Source: Actinomycetota bacterium
GTDB taxonomy: Bacteria; Actinomycetota; Actinomycetes; Nanopelagicales; Nanopelagicaceae
Direction of reading: 5' to 3'
Length of the DNA stretch: 64,000 nt
Assembly (NCBI GenBank): GCA_009698845.1
Contig: WLPI01000001.1
Location: 6,012 to 70,011 of the forward strand
The first letter of the stretch is position 1. Every line of letters starts with the position of its first letter. The notes under the pieces are model-generated. The model saw nothing but the letters and a program-made list of their open reading frames with translations. It had not been told where the DNA came from and made no database searches. The position numbers and the translations under genes are program-made. Shown here one piece after another: positions 49,243 through 62,604 of the stretch.

Positions 49243-50522
49243 TGTCAAAGTTAACTCCTGTCCTTTCTGCGCATTGGGATGAAAAAGATTCATTTACTAT
49301 CGAGGCATATACACGCCATGGTGGATATACAGCGTCGAAAAAAGCGCTTGCGATGGATCCGGATGCTGTGATTCAAATGGTTAAAGATTCAGGACTTCGC
49401 GGTCGTGGTGGTGCAGGATTCCCAACTGGAATGAAGTGGGGATTTATTCCTCAAGGTGACGACAAAGATCACTACCTTGTTGTTAACGCCGATGAATCTG
49501 AACCAGGTACTTGTAAAGATACGCCGCTATTGATGGCAAACCCACACGTCCTCATCGAAGGTTGCATCATCGCTTGTCATGCAATTCGTGCGAAGCGCGC
49601 ATTTATTTATATTCGTGGAGAAGTAACGCATGTTGTTCGCCGCGTTAATGCAGCAATTGCAGATGCATACAAAGCTGGTCATCTTGGAAATGGAATTGAT
49701 GTAACTCTTCATATTGGTGCAGGTGCATATATTTGCGGTGAAGAAACAGCCCTCCTTGATTCACTTGAAGGATTCCGTGGTCAGCCACGTCTGCGTCCAC
49801 CGTTTCCTGCAATTGCCGGTCTTTATGCTCGACCAACAGTTGTGAATAACGTTGAATCCATTGCATCAGTGCCTGCAATTATCAGTAACGGCGCAGAGTG
49901 GTACCAGTCAATGGGAACAGAGAAGTCAAAGGGTGCAACTCTTTATTCACTTTCTGGGCACGTAAATAATCCTGGTCAATTTGAAGCGCCACTTGGAATT
50001 ACTCTTCGGGAAATTCTTGAAATTGCGGGCGGAGTTCGCGATGGCCACAAGCTCAAGTTCTGGACACCAGGTGGTTCATCAACTCCACTCTTTACTGATG
50101 CCCACCTTGATACTCCACTCGACTACGAAGGTGTATCTGCGGCGGGATCGATGCTGGGAACTAAAGCACTTCAAATTTTTGATGAAACAACTTGTGTTGT
50201 TCGTGCAGTCCTTCGCTGGACAGAGTTCTACAAGCACGAATCGTGCGGAAAGTGCACACCATGTCGCGAGGGCACTTGGTGGCTTGTTCAGATTCTGCGC
50301 GATCTTGAAAACGGAACCGGAACAGAGGCAGATCTTGAGAAACTTCTTGATCTCTGCGACAACATTATGGGCCGTTCGTTCTGCGCGCTCGGTGATGGTG
50401 CAACAAGCCCAATTACTTCATCCATTAAGTATTTCCGCGATGAATACATCGCACACCTAACAAATGGCGCTTGCCCGTTTGACCCAGTGCAATCGACACT
50501 CTTTGTAGGGGCGGTGAAGTAA
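49242..50522 (+). CDS. nuoF: NADH-quinone oxidoreductase subunit F
   Basis: SGLRGRGGAGFPTG.KW, NADESEPGT, GAYICGEETAL, HESCGKCTPCREG. Confidence 0.97.
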   Translation: MSKLTPVLSAHWDEKDSFTIEAYTRHGGYTASKKALAMDPDAVIQMVKDSGLRGRGGAGFPTGMKWGFIPQGDDKDHYLVVNADESEPGTCKDTPLLMANPHVLIEGCIIACHAIRAKRAFIYIRGEVTHVVRRVNAAIADAYKAGHLGNGIDVTLHIGAGAYICGEETALLDSLEGFRGQPRLRPPFPAIAGLYARPTVVNNVESIASVPAIISNGAEWYQSMGTEKSKGATLYSLSGHVNNPGQFEAPLGITLREILEIAGGVRDGHKLKFWTPGGSSTPLFTDAHLDTPLDYEGVSAAGSMLGTKALQIFDETTCVVRAVLRWTEFYKHESCGKCTPCREGTWWLVQILRDLENGTGTEADLEKLLDLCDNIMGRSFCALGDGATSPITSSIKYFRDEYIAHLTNGACPFDPVQSTLFVGAVK

Positions 50523-52885
50523 TGACTACAACTCAAGATTCTGCAGTTGCAGTAGAACTCATCACTGTCGTTATCGATGGATTCGAAGTTTCGGTTCCAA
50601 AAGGAACGCTCATTATTCGTGCTGCAGAGAAATTAGGAATTCAGATCCCACGTTTCTGTGATCACCCACTTCTAGATCCAGTCGGTGCATGTCGTCAATG
50701 TCTTGTTGATGTCGAAATCAATGGGCGCGCATTTCCAAAGCCACAAGCTTCATGCACAATTCCAGTAGAGCCAAATATGATTGTTAAGACTCAGCTCACT
50801 TCACCTGTTGCAGATAAGGCACAAAAAGGCGTGATGGAACTTCTCCTTGGAAATCATCCACTTGATTGCCCAGTCTGCGATAAAGGCGGAGAGTGCCCAT
50901 TGCAGAATCAAGCGATGAGTAATGGACGACCAGATGCTCGCCTTGATGGCTACAAACGCACATTCGAAAAGCCAATCAATATTTCTTCATCAGTACTTCT
51001 GGACCGCGAACGTTGCGTACTGTGCGCGCGATGTACTCGATTCTCAGAGCAGATTGCATCCGATCCATTTATCACTCTTAACGAGCGCGGAGCGTTGCAG
51101 CAAGTTGGCATTTACGAGAACGATCCATTTAAATCTTACTTCTCTGGAAACACTGTGCAGATTTGTCCAGTGGGTGCGCTCACTGGTGCGTCATATCGTT
51201 TCCGCGCACGCCCATTCGATTTAGTATCAACTCCATCTGCTTGCGAACACTGCGCATCGGGATGCGATATGCGCACAGATGTTCGCCGCGGAAAGACACT
51301 TCGTCGTCTTGCCGGTGATGATGCTTCAGTTAATGAAGAATGGAATTGCGACAAGGGTCGCTGGGCCTTCAAATACGTCACTGCTTTAGATCGACTTGCA
51401 CATCCACTCGTTCGCAATTCAGAGGGTGTACTTGTTCAAGCTTCATGGCCAGAAGCCCTAGCTGCTGCAGCGGCTGGATTAAAGGGTAAGCGTGCAGCTG
51501 TTATCACTGGTGGTCGTGTCACTACAGAAGATGCATATGGATATTCAAAATTTGCTCGCATCGCCTTGAAAACAAATGACATTGATTTCCGTGCACGCGT
51601 GACATCAGATGAAGAGCGCGATTTCTTAGCAACCTATGTTGTTGGTTCATCTACGACATATCGTGATATTGATTCTGCTGATCAGGTTGCTCTCATCGCA
51701 TTTGAACCAGAAGAAGAGTCTCCAATTGTTTTTCTTCGCATCAATAAAAATGTTAAGAAGCGTGGACTTAAAGTGTCTGCTGTCGCAACTAAGCAATCTA
51801 TTGCGATGGACAAACTCAAAGCAGAATTTATCAAGGTCGCACCTGGTGCAGAAAGCGCCGCAGTATTAGCGCTTTCATTGACGCCAAAATCAGTGATTCT
51901 CGTGGGTGAACGTGCTTCGGAGTCAGCTGGACTATTTTCAGCAGTTGCATCCCTTGCATCAAAGAGCGGAGCAAAGATTGCTTACATTCCACGCCGTGCA
52001 GGTGAGCGTGGTGCGCTAGAAGCTGGTGCGATTGGAAACCTTCTTCCTGGAGGACGACCAGTTGCAGATGCAGCGGCACGAGTTGATATTGCAGCTGCAT
52101 GGGGAATCGACTCTCTTCCAACACAGACTGGCCGCACAACATCGCAGATTATTGAAGCTCTTTCTGCGAACGAATTAGATGCAGTTGTAATTGGTGGAGT
52201 AGATGCTAACGATCTTCCAAATGGCAGCCATGTAGTTGCTGCCCTAAAGAAATCTTTCGTTGTCTGCCTTGAGATTGCACCAAGTTCAGTCACTGAGGTA
52301 GCAGATGTTGTTCTTCCAGTCGCTGCCATAACCGAAAAGAGTGGAAGCTTCCTTAACTGGGAAGGTCGAGCACGCGCATTTGATGAGGCAGTTGTTGACT
52401 CACAGCACCGCAGTGATGTTCGCATACTTTCAATGATTGCAGATGCAATGGGCGAATCAATCATGCTTGGAACTGTTACTGCATCTGCCCGTGAATTTAA
52501 CCAACTAGGCAAATGGGATGGAGCCCGCGCTCACTTCACTCCAGTAGCAGCACAAGGACCTCGAACTCTTTCAGGTAACGATGCACTTTTAACTTCTTGG
52601 CGCCGATTGCTTGATATGGGAACCCTTCAAAAAGGTGAAGATAATTTAGCTGGAACTCGACGTCCAACAATTGCTGTAATTTCGCAGAAGCGCGCTGATT
52701 CAATAGGTGTTTTAACCGGACAACAAGTCAGAGTCTCAAATACTTACGGATCAATCACTATACCTGTACTCGTTGAAGATATTCACGACGATGCAGTCTG
52801 GGTCCCGCGTAACTCATTCGCTTCTCAAACTTTGATTGCACTCAATGCAGTTCACGGCGATGTAGTAACGGTGGTGAAGGCATGA
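50522..52885 (+). CDS. nuoG: NADH-quinone oxidoreductase subunit G
   Basis: IPRFCDH....[48 protein letters not shown]...CDKGR. Confidence 0.97.
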   Translation: MTTTQDSAVAVELITVVIDGFEVSVPKGTLIIRAAEKLGIQIPRFCDHPLLDPVGACRQCLVDVEINGRAFPKPQASCTIPVEPNMIVKTQLTSPVADKAQKGVMELLLGNHPLDCPVCDKGGECPLQNQAMSNGRPDARLDGYKRTFEKPINISSSVLLDRERCVLCARCTRFSEQIASDPFITLNERGALQQVGIYENDPFKSYFSGNTVQICPVGALTGASYRFRARPFDLVSTPSACEHCASGCDMRTDVRRGKTLRRLAGDDASVNEEWNCDKGRWAFKYVTALDRLAHPLVRNSEGVLVQASWPEALAAAAAGLKGKRAAVITGGRVTTEDAYGYSKFARIALKTNDIDFRARVTSDEERDFLATYVVGSSTTYRDIDSADQVALIAFEPEEESPIVFLRINKNVKKRGLKVSAVATKQSIAMDKLKAEFIKVAPGAESAAVLALSLTPKSVILVGERASESAGLFSAVASLASKSGAKIAYIPRRAGERGALEAGAIGNLLPGGRPVADAAARVDIAAAWGIDSLPTQTGRTTSQIIEALSANELDAVVIGGVDANDLPNGSHVVAALKKSFVVCLEIAPSSVTEVADVVLPVAAITEKSGSFLNWEGRARAFDEAVVDSQHRSDVRILSMIADAMGESIMLGTVTASAREFNQLGKWDGARAHFTPVAAQGPRTLSGNDALLTSWRRLLDMGTLQKGEDNLAGTRRPTIAVISQKRADSIGVLTGQQVRVSNTYGSITIPVLVEDIHDDAVWVPRNSFASQTLIALNAVHGDVVTVVKA

Positions 52886-54108
52886 CAACAGCAGAGCTTC
52901 TTGGAAAAGATCCTGGTTGGATTATTGCGATAAAGGCATTAATTGTTTTTGCCATCTGTGTTGTCTCAACTTTAATGGCTGTATGGACAGAGCGTCGCGT
53001 ACTTGCAAAAATGCAATTACGTACTGGTCCTAACCGTGTTGGTAAATTTGGACTCTTACAATCTCTTTCAGACGGAGTGAAGCTTGCGCTAAAGGAAGAC
53101 ATCATTCCTGCAGCTGCAGATAAAGTAGTTTTCGTTATTGCCCCAATCATTGCAACCGCAATGTGCTTTATGTCTTTTGCAGTTATTCCAATGACCGGGG
53201 TTGTTAATCTCTTTGGACAAAAGACGGCTCTTCAGTTAACGGATCTTCCGGTCGGAGTTCTATATGTACTGGCAGTTACCTCTATCGGAGTTTATGGAGT
53301 GGTCTTAGCAGGCTGGTCTTCGGGATCTACATACCCTCTTCTTGGTGGATTGCGCTCGAGTGCTCAGGTAATTTCTTACGAAGTTGCAATGGGACTATCA
53401 CTCGTAGCGGTTTTCATGTACGCCGGTTCGATGTCCACATCCGAAATAGTAAGTTCACAGCATCAGCACATTTGGAATGTTGTTGTTCTTTTTCCCTCCT
53501 TCGTTATTTATGTGATTTCAATGGTTGGTGAAACAAACCGTGCGCCATTTGACCTTGCAGAAGCAGAGGGCGAACTCGTCGGTGGATTCCATACGGAGTA
53601 TTCATCGCTGAAATTCGCACTCTTCTTTCTAGCTGAGTATGTAAACATCATTGCAGTGTCAGCACTTGCAACAACTCTATTCCTTGGTGGCTATCACGCA
53701 CCTCCTGGTCTTGGGTTTACAGAGCAGTGGCTTGGTGGCTGGTTTACATTTATCTGGTTCTTACTAAAAGTAAATCTCTTCTTCTTTCTCTTTATGTGGC
53801 TACGCGGAACACTCCCACGTCTTCGCTATGACCAATTCATGAAGTTTGGCTGGAAAGTTCTCATACCAGTTTCACTCGTCTGGATTTTGATAGTCGCAAC
53901 ACTTCGCGTATTGCAACAAGAAGGTGCGAACCGATTTGCCGTTGCCGCATTTGCTGGAGGGCTCGTATTGCTAGTTATGGCAATTTCTTCTCTCTCTGAT
54001 CGAAGCAAAGAAAAATCTCGTGCGCCTCTTCCAGAGGGTGAAGCTCCAGATTTCCCTATCCCATCACTTCCAAATGTTAAATCCGTAAAAGTCTCAGGAG
54101 GCGAGTAA
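52882..54108 (+). CDS. nuoH: NADH-quinone oxidoreductase subunit H
   Basis: [53 protein letters not shown]. Confidence 0.97.
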   Translation: MTTAELLGKDPGWIIAIKALIVFAICVVSTLMAVWTERRVLAKMQLRTGPNRVGKFGLLQSLSDGVKLALKEDIIPAAADKVVFVIAPIIATAMCFMSFAVIPMTGVVNLFGQKTALQLTDLPVGVLYVLAVTSIGVYGVVLAGWSSGSTYPLLGGLRSSAQVISYEVAMGLSLVAVFMYAGSMSTSEIVSSQHQHIWNVVVLFPSFVIYVISMVGETNRAPFDLAEAEGELVGGFHTEYSSLKFALFFLAEYVNIIAVSALATTLFLGGYHAPPGLGFTEQWLGGWFTFIWFLLKVNLFFFLFMWLRGTLPRLRYDQFMKFGWKVLIPVSLVWILIVATLRVLQQEGANRFAVAAFAGGLVLLVMAISSLSDRSKEKSRAPLPEGEAPDFPIPSLPNVKSVKVSGGE

Positions 54109-54749
54109 TGACTGACTTCATCGAGCCCCAAAAGAAATTCAATGTGGAGAATTCAGAATTAGATATCAATTCAGTTCCATTTGAAGAAGTTAAACAGCCT
54201 GGACCAGGCAGCTTGCTTGAACAAGCAAAAGGATTCTGGGTCACCTTTTCAACAATGTTCAAGAAGAATCAGACTGTTCAGTATCCAGATGTAAAGGCTC
54301 CGACCGCTCCGCGCTTTCATGGCCGTCACCAACTTAATCGCCATCCTGATGGCCTTGAAAAGTGCATCGGTTGTGAGCTCTGCGCATGGGCATGTCCTGC
54401 AGATGCAATTTATGTAGAAGGCGGGAATAACACTCCAGAGAACCAAGTCTCTCCTGGGGAACGTCACGGTGCGGTTTATCAAATCAATTATTTGCGTTGT
54501 ATTTTCTGCGGACTATGTGTTGAGGCATGCCCTACTCGCGCGCTGACCATGACTAACGAATATGAATTAGCCGATGACAAGCGGGAAAAACTCATTTTTG
54601 AAAAAGATGATCTTCTAGCACCACTTCGACAAGGAATGTTGGCTCCTCCCCACCCAATGTATCCGGGTATGACAGATACCAACTATTACAACGGTGATGT
54701 CAAAGAATCGCATCCAAGTCAAAACCTCAATGGTCAGGGACAGAAATAA
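54108..54749 (+). CDS. nuoI: NADH-quinone oxidoreductase subunit I
   Basis: [12 protein letters not shown] and [12 protein letters not shown] 4Fe-4S motifs. Confidence 0.97.
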   Translation: MTDFIEPQKKFNVENSELDINSVPFEEVKQPGPGSLLEQAKGFWVTFSTMFKKNQTVQYPDVKAPTAPRFHGRHQLNRHPDGLEKCIGCELCAWACPADAIYVEGGNNTPENQVSPGERHGAVYQINYLRCIFCGLCVEACPTRALTMTNEYELADDKREKLIFEKDDLLAPLRQGMLAPPHPMYPGMTDTNYYNGDVKESHPSQNLNGQGQK

Positions 54750-55519
54750 TGTTAGAGATTCAAACACCTGAAACAATTATGTTCTGGATTCTCGCTCCAG
54801 TTTCAGTGCTCGCAGCTCTTGGGATGCTCCTTGTGAAGAAAGCCGTTCACTCTGCCCTGTTGCTCGCGTGGGTAATGGTTACTCTTGCAATTTTCTACAT
54901 TGCGCAAGGTGCACTTTTCCTCGGAATCGTGCAGATAGTTGTTTACACGGGCGCAGTCATGATGCTCTTCCTCTTTATTCTTATGTTGGTTGGAGTAGAT
55001 GCATCAGATTCACTCACCGAAACTATTTCTGGCCTTCGCCCAATTGCAATCACTGCAGCGGTCGGTTTCGGAGGACTATTTGTTTCACTTATTGGCAGAG
55101 CAACAATCGGTCACAAGCCTTACGGTTTAGAATTCGCTAACTCAAATGGAAACGTTGAAGGTCTTGCAAAGGAACTCTTCTCAACATATGTGTGGCCATT
55201 TGAAGTGATTTCAGCGCTTCTGGTGACAGCAGCACTTGGTGCAATGGTTTTGGCCCATCATCAGCGCACTATTGCTAGACCAAGTCAACGTGAACAATCA
55301 ATCGCACGTTTTCGTACGGGTTCACTGGCAGGCGCAGCAGGACTTCCAAGCCCAGGTGTATTTGCGCGCCACAATGCAGTCGATGTTCCGGCGCTACTTC
55401 CAGATGGCACAGCTGCTCCAACATCAATTTCAGCAACTCTCAAGGCACGTGGAGACATGCTCGAATCTCAGTCTTTTGAGTTAAGCGAAGTAGATAACAC
55501 AGTTACGGAGGAGAAGTAA
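54749..55519 (+). CDS. nuoJ: NADH-quinone oxidoreductase subunit J
   Basis: [28 protein letters not shown]. Confidence 0.95.
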   Translation: MLEIQTPETIMFWILAPVSVLAALGMLLVKKAVHSALLLAWVMVTLAIFYIAQGALFLGIVQIVVYTGAVMMLFLFILMLVGVDASDSLTETISGLRPIAITAAVGFGGLFVSLIGRATIGHKPYGLEFANSNGNVEGLAKELFSTYVWPFEVISALLVTAALGAMVLAHHQRTIARPSQREQSIARFRTGSLAGAAGLPSPGVFARHNAVDVPALLPDGTAAPTSISATLKARGDMLESQSFELSEVDNTVTEEK

Positions 55520-55818
55520 TGAGTCCTTATAACTATCTCTACGTAGCTGGCTTGCTCTTCACAATTGGAGCAGTAGGAGTTGTCGTTCGCCGAAATGCAA
55601 TAGTTGTTTTCATGTGTATTGAACTCATGCTCAATGCAGCAAACCTCACCCTTGTTACGTTTTCTCGAATTAACGGAACACTTGATGGCCAAATCGTGGC
55701 TTTCTTTACGATGGTAGTTGCAGCCTGTGAAGTGGTCGTTGGTTTAGCAATTATTGTCGCGATTTATCGATCACGTAGATCAGCATCAATTGACGATGCT
55801 AGTTTGTTGAAGCGATAA
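55519..55818 (+). CDS. nuoK: NADH-quinone oxidoreductase subunit K
   Basis: [15 protein letters not shown] and [12 protein letters not shown]. Confidence 0.96.
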   Translation: MSPYNYLYVAGLLFTIGAVGVVVRRNAIVVFMCIELMLNAANLTLVTFSRINGTLDGQIVAFFTMVVAACEVVVGLAIIVAIYRSRRSASIDDASLLKR

Positions 55819-55820
55819 CA

Positions 55821-57713
55821 ATGACAACATCAACGTCTCTTGTTTACTTAATCGCCCTGCCATTGGCCGGAGCCGTAATTCTTCTTCTTGCAGGGCGCCG
55901 TGCAGATAAGTGGGGACACTTACTAGCAACTGCGCTTTCGGCAAGTTCTTTTGGAGCTGGTCTGTATCAACTTTCACAGATGCTTTCGCGCCCAACTGAG
56001 GAGCGAGCAGTAACTCAGAAGTTGTTCACATGGATAAGCGTTGGCTCCTTCAATATCGATGCAGGCATTTTGCTCGATCAACTTTCAATCTGCTTCGTTC
56101 TTCTCATCACGGGTGTAGGAACCTTGATTCACATTTACTCAATTTCCTACATGTCACATGATGAAAATCGACGTCGCTTCTTTGCTTATCTCAACCTATT
56201 TATTGCTTCGATGCTCCTTCTTGTTCTGGGCGATTCATATCTCAATCTTTATGTTGGCTGGGAAGGCGTGGGTCTAGCCTCTTATTTACTTATCGGGTTT
56301 TGGAACCAGAAACCGGCATACGCAACTGCATCTAAAAAAGCTTTTGTAATGAACCGCATTGGAGATATGGGACTTTCGTTTGCAATCATGATTGCTTTTG
56401 CAACACTGGGTTCCGTTTCGTTTAGTGGCGTTGAAGAGGCGTCACATACAGCTTCGCAAGCCACTCTTACAGCCATCGGAATCATGCTTCTTATTGCGGC
56501 AGCTGGTAAGTCAGCGCAGTTCCCATTGCAAGCATGGTTAGGCGATGCGATGGCGGGCCCAACACCTGTATCTGCTTTGATTCACGCAGCGACAATGGTG
56601 ACGGCTGGCGTTTATCTCATCGTACGCTCTCACTTTATTTTTGATGCAGCGCCAACTGCGCAACTTCTTGTAGTAATCGTCGGCGCAGTTACTTTGACAT
56701 TCGGAGCAATTGTAGGTACGGCAAAAGATGACATTAAGAAAGCGCTAGCTGCTTCAACAATGTCTCAAATCGGATACATGATTTTGGCTGCGGGCCTTGG
56801 ACCAGCTGGATATGCATTTGCAATCATGCACCTACTTACTCATGGATTCTTTAAGGCAGGTATGTTCCTTGGCGCAGGCTCTGTAATGCACGGTATGAAC
56901 GATCAAGTGAATATGCGTCGCTACGGCGCTCTTCGCAAATTTATGCCAATAACATTTGTAACATTCGGACTCGGTTATCTAGCAATCATTGGTGTTCCAC
57001 CATTTGCTGGTTTCTATTCTAAAGACGCAATTATTGAAACTGCATTCAACGCAGGTGGAATCAAGGGAATTCTCTTGGGTTCAACAGCGCTACTTGGTGC
57101 AGCAATTACTGCTTTCTACATGACTCGCGTCATGATCCTTACCTTTACATCGCCAGAACGTTGGGAGAAGGATCAGCATCCTCACGAGTCCCCATGGCTT
57201 ATGTGGCTACCTATGGTGATTTTGGCAATTGGTTCAGTCTCTACAGGCTACCTATTCACTCGTGGAGATTCGCTCGTGCATTGGCTAAGTCCAGTATTTG
57301 GCGAACACGAAGCTCACGAAGAACATTTCTTGCCAGTAATTGTTGTATCTGGACTTGCACTTACTGCAGTTCTAATTGGTGTGAGCATCGCACTCGTGAA
57401 ATACCAATTCTCCGATGTGGATGCCGAAGCTCCACAAGATGTCTCAATCTTTACTCGTATAGCGCGTAAAGACTTGCTACAAGACACATTTAACGAGTCT
57501 GTGTTTATGCGTCCTGGGCAAGCACTTACCCGGATACTTGTAAAAACTGATGACAAGGTTATCGATGGAACCGTCCGGCTCGTCGGAACAACTGCAATTG
57601 GTACTGGGTCCGCGCTTCGTAAATCACAAACAGGTTTTGCGCGTAGCTATGCAGCGCTGATTTTGATTGGCGCAGTCGCACTAATTGCCGGAATTTGGGT
57701 GGTTACACAATGA
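55821..57713 (+). CDS. nuoL: NADH-quinone oxidoreductase subunit L
   Basis: [54 protein letters not shown]. Confidence 0.97.
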   Translation: MTTSTSLVYLIALPLAGAVILLLAGRRADKWGHLLATALSASSFGAGLYQLSQMLSRPTEERAVTQKLFTWISVGSFNIDAGILLDQLSICFVLLITGVGTLIHIYSISYMSHDENRRRFFAYLNLFIASMLLLVLGDSYLNLYVGWEGVGLASYLLIGFWNQKPAYATASKKAFVMNRIGDMGLSFAIMIAFATLGSVSFSGVEEASHTASQATLTAIGIMLLIAAAGKSAQFPLQAWLGDAMAGPTPVSALIHAATMVTAGVYLIVRSHFIFDAAPTAQLLVVIVGAVTLTFGAIVGTAKDDIKKALAASTMSQIGYMILAAGLGPAGYAFAIMHLLTHGFFKAGMFLGAGSVMHGMNDQVNMRRYGALRKFMPITFVTFGLGYLAIIGVPPFAGFYSKDAIIETAFNAGGIKGILLGSTALLGAAITAFYMTRVMILTFTSPERWEKDQHPHESPWLMWLPMVILAIGSVSTGYLFTRGDSLVHWLSPVFGEHEAHEEHFLPVIVVSGLALTAVLIGVSIALVKYQFSDVDAEAPQDVSIFTRIARKDLLQDTFNESVFMRPGQALTRILVKTDDKVIDGTVRLVGTTAIGTGSALRKSQTGFARSYAALILIGAVALIAGIWVVTQ

Positions 57714-59227
57714 GCTCCTTAACGACCATGATGTTGCTTCCACTCCTTGGAAGCCTTCTCGTAGCAGTGATTCCAAGTGATCAAGTTCTTCGAATTAAGC
57801 AGGCGGCACTTGGAACAACAATTCTTGTAGCTATATCTGGAATTCTCACATGGTTAAAATTTGATTCAGAAAATACTTCTTTTCAGTTTGTGCAGTCAGT
57901 CGAGTGGATCCCTTCCTTTGGTATTAACTATGCCGTTGGTGTCGATGGACTTTCTCTAGTCTTGATTTTGATGTCGGTATTGCTCGCACCGATTGTTGTC
58001 CTCGCCGGATGGAATGAATCTGAAGGCGGACGCTGGTCAGCAAAAGTTTTCTATATTTTAATTCTCGTCCTCGAAACCATGATGATCGGCGTTTTTGCAG
58101 CGACTGATTTATTCCTCTTCTACGTAATCTTCGAGGCCATGCTCATTCCCGTCTATTTCCTCATTGGAGGTTACGGAAGCGGAGAACGCGCAGCAGCGGC
58201 TGTAAAGTTCCTGCTCTATAGCCTCTTCGGTGGATTATTGATGCTTGCATCAATAATCGGCTTGTACGTTATTTCAGGTGCAAATGGTGGACATACTTTT
58301 GATATTACAAAGTTATCCGAGATGCATAACTACATGAATTCAACTACTCAGAATCTGCTCTTCCTTGGATTCTTTATTGCTTTTGCGATTAAAGCGCCTT
58401 TGTGGCCACTTCACACGTGGTTACCTGATGCATCTGCATCTGCAACACCAGGGACATCAGTGTTACTTCTTGGCGTTCTCGATAAAGTTGGAACATTCGG
58501 GATGATTCGTTTCTGCTTGGCTCTTTTTCCAGATGCCAGCAAGACTTTTACTCCAGTCATTATTACCCTTGCCGTCATTTCAATTATTTATGGAGCATTT
58601 CTGGCAATCGGTGCGACAGATATCAAGCGCTTGATTGCATACACATCGATTTCTCACTTCGGGTTCATCACAATGGGAATTTTCGCAATGACTACGCAAG
58701 GTCATAGCGGCGCGACTTTGTATATGTTTAATCACGGTTTCTCCACTGCTGCGTTATTCCTTGTAGCTGGCTGGATGTCTGCGCGACGCGGATCATCAAC
58801 GATTGCTGATTTTGGTGGGCTACAAAGAGTTACCCCAGTGATGGCCTGGTCATTCTTTATTGCTGGAATGTCATCCTTGGCACTTCCAGGATTATCAAGC
58901 TTTGTCAGCGAATTCCTTGTGCTTGTTGGAACTTTCACTAGATATCCAGTTGCCGCGATAATCGCCACATTTGGAATAGTTCTTGCAGCTCTCTATATTT
59001 TGATTCCGGTTCAAAAGGCGCTGCACGGGCCAACAACACCAGGGAATGAAAATCTTTCAGATTTAAATCTCCGTGAAAAAATTGCAATTGCACCAGTGAT
59101 TGCAATTATTGTCGCACTTGGTTTCTACCCGTCACCATTGCTCAATGTCATTAACCCTGCCTCTGCGCACGTACTTGAGTTGCAGGGATTTACTGATCCG
59201 ACTCCATCAGATAGCGCAGGTAAGTAA
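57710..59227 (+). CDS. nuoM: NADH-quinone oxidoreductase subunit M
   Basis: [48 protein letters not shown]...FVSEF. Start at ATG 57710 (ATGA overlap with nuoL). Confidence 0.96.
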   Translation: MSSLTTMMLLPLLGSLLVAVIPSDQVLRIKQAALGTTILVAISGILTWLKFDSENTSFQFVQSVEWIPSFGINYAVGVDGLSLVLILMSVLLAPIVVLAGWNESEGGRWSAKVFYILILVLETMMIGVFAATDLFLFYVIFEAMLIPVYFLIGGYGSGERAAAAVKFLLYSLFGGLLMLASIIGLYVISGANGGHTFDITKLSEMHNYMNSTTQNLLFLGFFIAFAIKAPLWPLHTWLPDASASATPGTSVLLLGVLDKVGTFGMIRFCLALFPDASKTFTPVIITLAVISIIYGAFLAIGATDIKRLIAYTSISHFGFITMGIFAMTTQGHSGATLYMFNHGFSTAALFLVAGWMSARRGSSTIADFGGLQRVTPVMAWSFFIAGMSSLALPGLSSFVSEFLVLVGTFTRYPVAAIIATFGIVLAALYILIPVQKALHGPTTPGNENLSDLNLREKIAIAPVIAIIVALGFYPSPLLNVINPASAHVLELQGFTDPTPSDSAGK

Positions 59228-60745
59228 GTGGAATTTACATCGCCAGTTCTAAACTATGCACAGCTAGCACCTATGCTGATTGTGTTTGGTGGAGCACTTA
59301 TTGGTGTTCTCATTGAAGCTTTCGCGCCTCGCGCCTCGCGCTTCTCATCACAACTTTTCATCACGATTTTCTCCCTGGTTGCTTCCTTTGCGGCGCTAGT
59401 TAACGTTCGCAATCAATCTTCTGCAGATGCAGCTATGGGCTCCGTGGCTTTTGATGGTGCAGGAGTACTTCTACAGGGCGCAATTCTTATCATTGCAATT
59501 CTCTCCACATTCTTGATTGCTGATCAAGAGAATTTCACGGCACTCGCTGCTGCAATTCCTGGATCACAAGAAGAGCGAACAGCTCTACAAACTGATCTTC
59601 GAGTCACTGAAGTTTTCCCACTCACATTGTTCGCAGTCGCAGGCATGCTCCTCTTTCCGGTCTCAAGTGACTTAATCACGCTTTTTGTTGCTCTCGAAGT
59701 TCTCTCCTTGCCGCTCTACTTGATGGCTGGACTTGCTCGTCGACGCAGATTGTTGTCTCAAGAATCTGCGCTCAAGTACTTCTTACTAGGTGCGTTTTCT
59801 TCAGCATTCTTCTTACTTGGAATCGCATACCTTTATGGGTATTCAGGCAGCATCACACTCGTTGGTATTCAGCAGAGCGTTGTTGGTGGCGCTGGCAACG
59901 ATGTTTTCCTACTTCTAGGAATCGCCTTCATATCCGTAGGCTTGCTTTTCAAGGTCGGCGCAGTTCCATTCCATGCATGGACACCTGATGTCTATCAAGG
60001 TGCACCAACTGCAGTTACAGGCTTTATGGCAGCAGCAACTAAGGTCGCTGCATTCGGTGCAATCCTTCGAATCTTCTATGTCTCCTTTGCAAACGCAGAG
60101 TGGTCATGGAAACCAGCAATGGTTGTAATTGCAGTAATCACCATGATTTTTGGATCGGTTGTAGCAATAACACAACGCGACGTAAAACGCATGCTTGCTT
60201 ACTCTTCAATCGCTCATGCTGGCTTCTTGCTATCCGGCGTAATCGCACTGAGCAAATCAGGACTCGATGCTTCAATTTTCTACTTATTCGCCTATGGAAT
60301 CGCCACCATAGGTGCATTCGGAATAGTAACCCTGGTCAGAGATTCCTCTGGAGAAGTTGGTGATCTCAATCGCTGGAGTGGACTTGGAAAGCGTTCTCCA
60401 ATTCTTGCTTCAACTTTTGCATTCTTCCTTCTTGCTTTTGCAGGAATCCCATTGACCTCAGGATTTGTCGGAAAGTTTTCAATTTTCTCTGCTGCTTACG
60501 AATCTGGCAGTACATCAATTTTGCTAGTCGGCGTTCTCTCATCAGCAATTGCCGCATTCTTCTATATCCGCGTTATTGTCTTGATGTTCTTTAAAGATCC
60601 AGTTGAAGATGGCACAAGCGTTGTTATTCCATCGGCGCTTACAACTGTCACTATCTCAGTCTCAGCCGTAGTCACATTAATTCTTGGTGTTTATCCTGCG
60701 CCATTGATTGACTTCATTACAAACACCGCGCTCTTCATACGCTAA
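59228..60745 (+). CDS. nuoN: NADH-quinone oxidoreductase subunit N
   Basis: ESALKYFLLG, FKVGAVPFHAWTPDVYQGAPT, KRMLAYSSIAHAG, GIPLTSGFVGKF. Confidence 0.97.
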   Translation: MEFTSPVLNYAQLAPMLIVFGGALIGVLIEAFAPRASRFSSQLFITIFSLVASFAALVNVRNQSSADAAMGSVAFDGAGVLLQGAILIIAILSTFLIADQENFTALAAAIPGSQEERTALQTDLRVTEVFPLTLFAVAGMLLFPVSSDLITLFVALEVLSLPLYLMAGLARRRRLLSQESALKYFLLGAFSSAFFLLGIAYLYGYSGSITLVGIQQSVVGGAGNDVFLLLGIAFISVGLLFKVGAVPFHAWTPDVYQGAPTAVTGFMAAATKVAAFGAILRIFYVSFANAEWSWKPAMVVIAVITMIFGSVVAITQRDVKRMLAYSSIAHAGFLLSGVIALSKSGLDASIFYLFAYGIATIGAFGIVTLVRDSSGEVGDLNRWSGLGKRSPILASTFAFFLLAFAGIPLTSGFVGKFSIFSAAYESGSTSILLVGVLSSAIAAFFYIRVIVLMFFKDPVEDGTSVVIPSALTTVTISVSAVVTLILGVYPAPLIDFITNTALFIR

Positions 60746-61734
60746 TGACATCACTCGGTATTCCAGGTCTGGCACCGGCGCTAGAGGCCGAACTCCGAGA
60801 GAGTATGCACAAGGTCGAGAGCCTTCTCTTTAGTCATATCCAAGGTGATTACCCACTTGTTGAAGAGACATCTCGTCATCTCGTTGCTGCTGGCGGAAAA
60901 AGATTGCGTCCACTTTTGACAATTCTTGCATCCCACTATGGAGATAAAAACAAATTTGGAATCATCGAATCAGCTGTCGTCTGCGAGTTAACTCACGTTG
61001 CAACGCTGTATCACGACGATGTAATGGATGAAGCTCCACTTCGCCGCGGGGTAGAGAGCGCCAATAACCGTTGGGGAAATACAGTTGCGATTCTTACTGG
61101 CGATTATCTCTTCGCAAAAGTTTCTGCACTCCTTGCAGATATCGGTCCAGAGGCTGTGCGGTTGCAGGCCTCTACATTCGAACGTCTTGTCATCGGGCAA
61201 ATCATGGAGACTCAGGGGCCTCGTGCGGGTGAAGATCCACTTGATCATTACTTACAAGTTGTCGCAGATAAAACCGGATCACTTATTTCTGCAAGTGCGC
61301 GCTTTGGTGCAATGGCCTCAGGTGCACCAAGCGATGTAAAAGAGACTCTTACAGTCTTCGGTGAGAAAATCGGTATTGCATTTCAATTAGCCGACGATGT
61401 TATTGATATTGCCAGTGAATCCTTTGAATCCGGAAAGATTCCAGGAACAGATTTGCGTGAAGGAATTCCCACGCTGGTAACGCTCAATGTTATGAAATCA
61501 AAGAAGCGTGAAGATCAAGACCTCATCAAACTTCTTAAATCACCAATCAAAGATGAAAAGACAGTCAGGCAAGTATTAAAGACTCTGCGTGCTCATGATG
61601 CGTTAAGTGAATCTCGTGAACAATTATTCGGTATTGCTCGCGATGCCCGCACAGCTTTGGGACCACTGCCAGTTAATGATGTGACTGGAGCTCTATTTTC
61701 ACTCTGCGATGCGATTGTCGATCGTTCTGCTTGA
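60745..61734 (+). CDS. Polyprenyl diphosphate synthase (GrcC/HepT-like, menaquinone side chain)
   Basis: GGKRLRP, FARM HDDVMD...RRG, GD.LF, KTG, SARM-like FQLADDVID. Confidence 0.93.
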   Translation: MTSLGIPGLAPALEAELRESMHKVESLLFSHIQGDYPLVEETSRHLVAAGGKRLRPLLTILASHYGDKNKFGIIESAVVCELTHVATLYHDDVMDEAPLRRGVESANNRWGNTVAILTGDYLFAKVSALLADIGPEAVRLQASTFERLVIGQIMETQGPRAGEDPLDHYLQVVADKTGSLISASARFGAMASGAPSDVKETLTVFGEKIGIAFQLADDVIDIASESFESGKIPGTDLREGIPTLVTLNVMKSKKREDQDLIKLLKSPIKDEKTVRQVLKTLRAHDALSESREQLFGIARDARTALGPLPVNDVTGALFSLCDAIVDRSA

Positions 61735-62604
61735 TCTAACCAGATCAGTAGCCAGTGCAATCAGTGCCACCCAAATTACGAAGAACCCAATCCAGCGCGC
61801 AGTAGGCATATCTTCGTGACGTACCCAGACTCCGATAGAAAACAGAATTGTCGGCGTGATGTATTGCAAGAGCCCGATAGTGCTATATGGCAAACGAGTA
61901 GCAGATCCATTAAACAAGAGAAGCGGAATAGCTGTCACCGCTCCAGCGCTAATCAAGAGCATCGTAATTCCAGGGGATTTACCAAACTGTCCGGTGCCCT
62001 GATGGCCGAGATAGAGTAAATATCCAGCGTAAGGCAGCAGTGAAATAAGAGTCTCAATTGCGAGTCCTTCCACGGCCCCCAGGTTGAGTTTCTTCTTCAT
62101 TAACCCATAGCTACCCCATGACACTGCAATTGTGATTGCAATCCAGGGGATTGTTCCGTAATCAATAGTCAGAACTAGTACACCCACCGCACCTAGTGCC
62201 ACTGAAAACCATTGCAGTGGTTGCATTTTTTCACGCAGAATGATGACACCGAAGGCGATGATAACGAGTGGGCTGATGTAATAACCGAGAGCTGCCTCAA
62301 CCACATGTTCATGATTAACGGCCCAGATATAAGTCAACCAGTTGATAGAGATCAGGATTGTGCACAGCAGCAGCACCAACATTATCTTTGGATTCTTCAC
62401 CACTTTTAAGGTGGAGTAAATTCCTTTGGTCACTGCCAGAACTATGAGACAGAAAACCAGAGTCCAGACTGCTCGATGAGAAACCATTTCTAGCGATTTT
62501 GCAGGTTGAAGTAGTGGCCAATATAAAGGTAGAAGCCCCCATATAACGTAAGAGCTAATTCCGAAGAGCAGCCCTAATGAATACTCGCTGCGTTTACCTG
62601 CCAC
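61699..62604 (-). CDS. rarD: EamA/RarD family transporter
   Basis: Y.IWGLLPLYW, HR.VW, NWL.YIWAVN....EAALGYYI.PL, GLLQYITP. Confidence 0.92.
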   Translation of the reverse strand: MAGKRSEYSLGLLFGISSYVIWGLLPLYWPLLQPAKSLEMVSHRAVWTLVFCLIVLAVTKGIYSTLKVVKNPKIMLVLLLCTILISINWLTYIWAVNHEHVVEAALGYYISPLVIIAFGVIILREKMQPLQWFSVALGAVGVLVLTIDYGTIPWIAITIAVSWGSYGLMKKKLNLGAVEGLAIETLISLLPYAGYLLYLGHQGTGQFGKSPGITMLLISAGAVTAIPLLLFNGSATRLPYSTIGLLQYITPTILFSIGVWVRHEDMPTARWIGFFVIWVALIALATDLVRSSRTIDNRIAE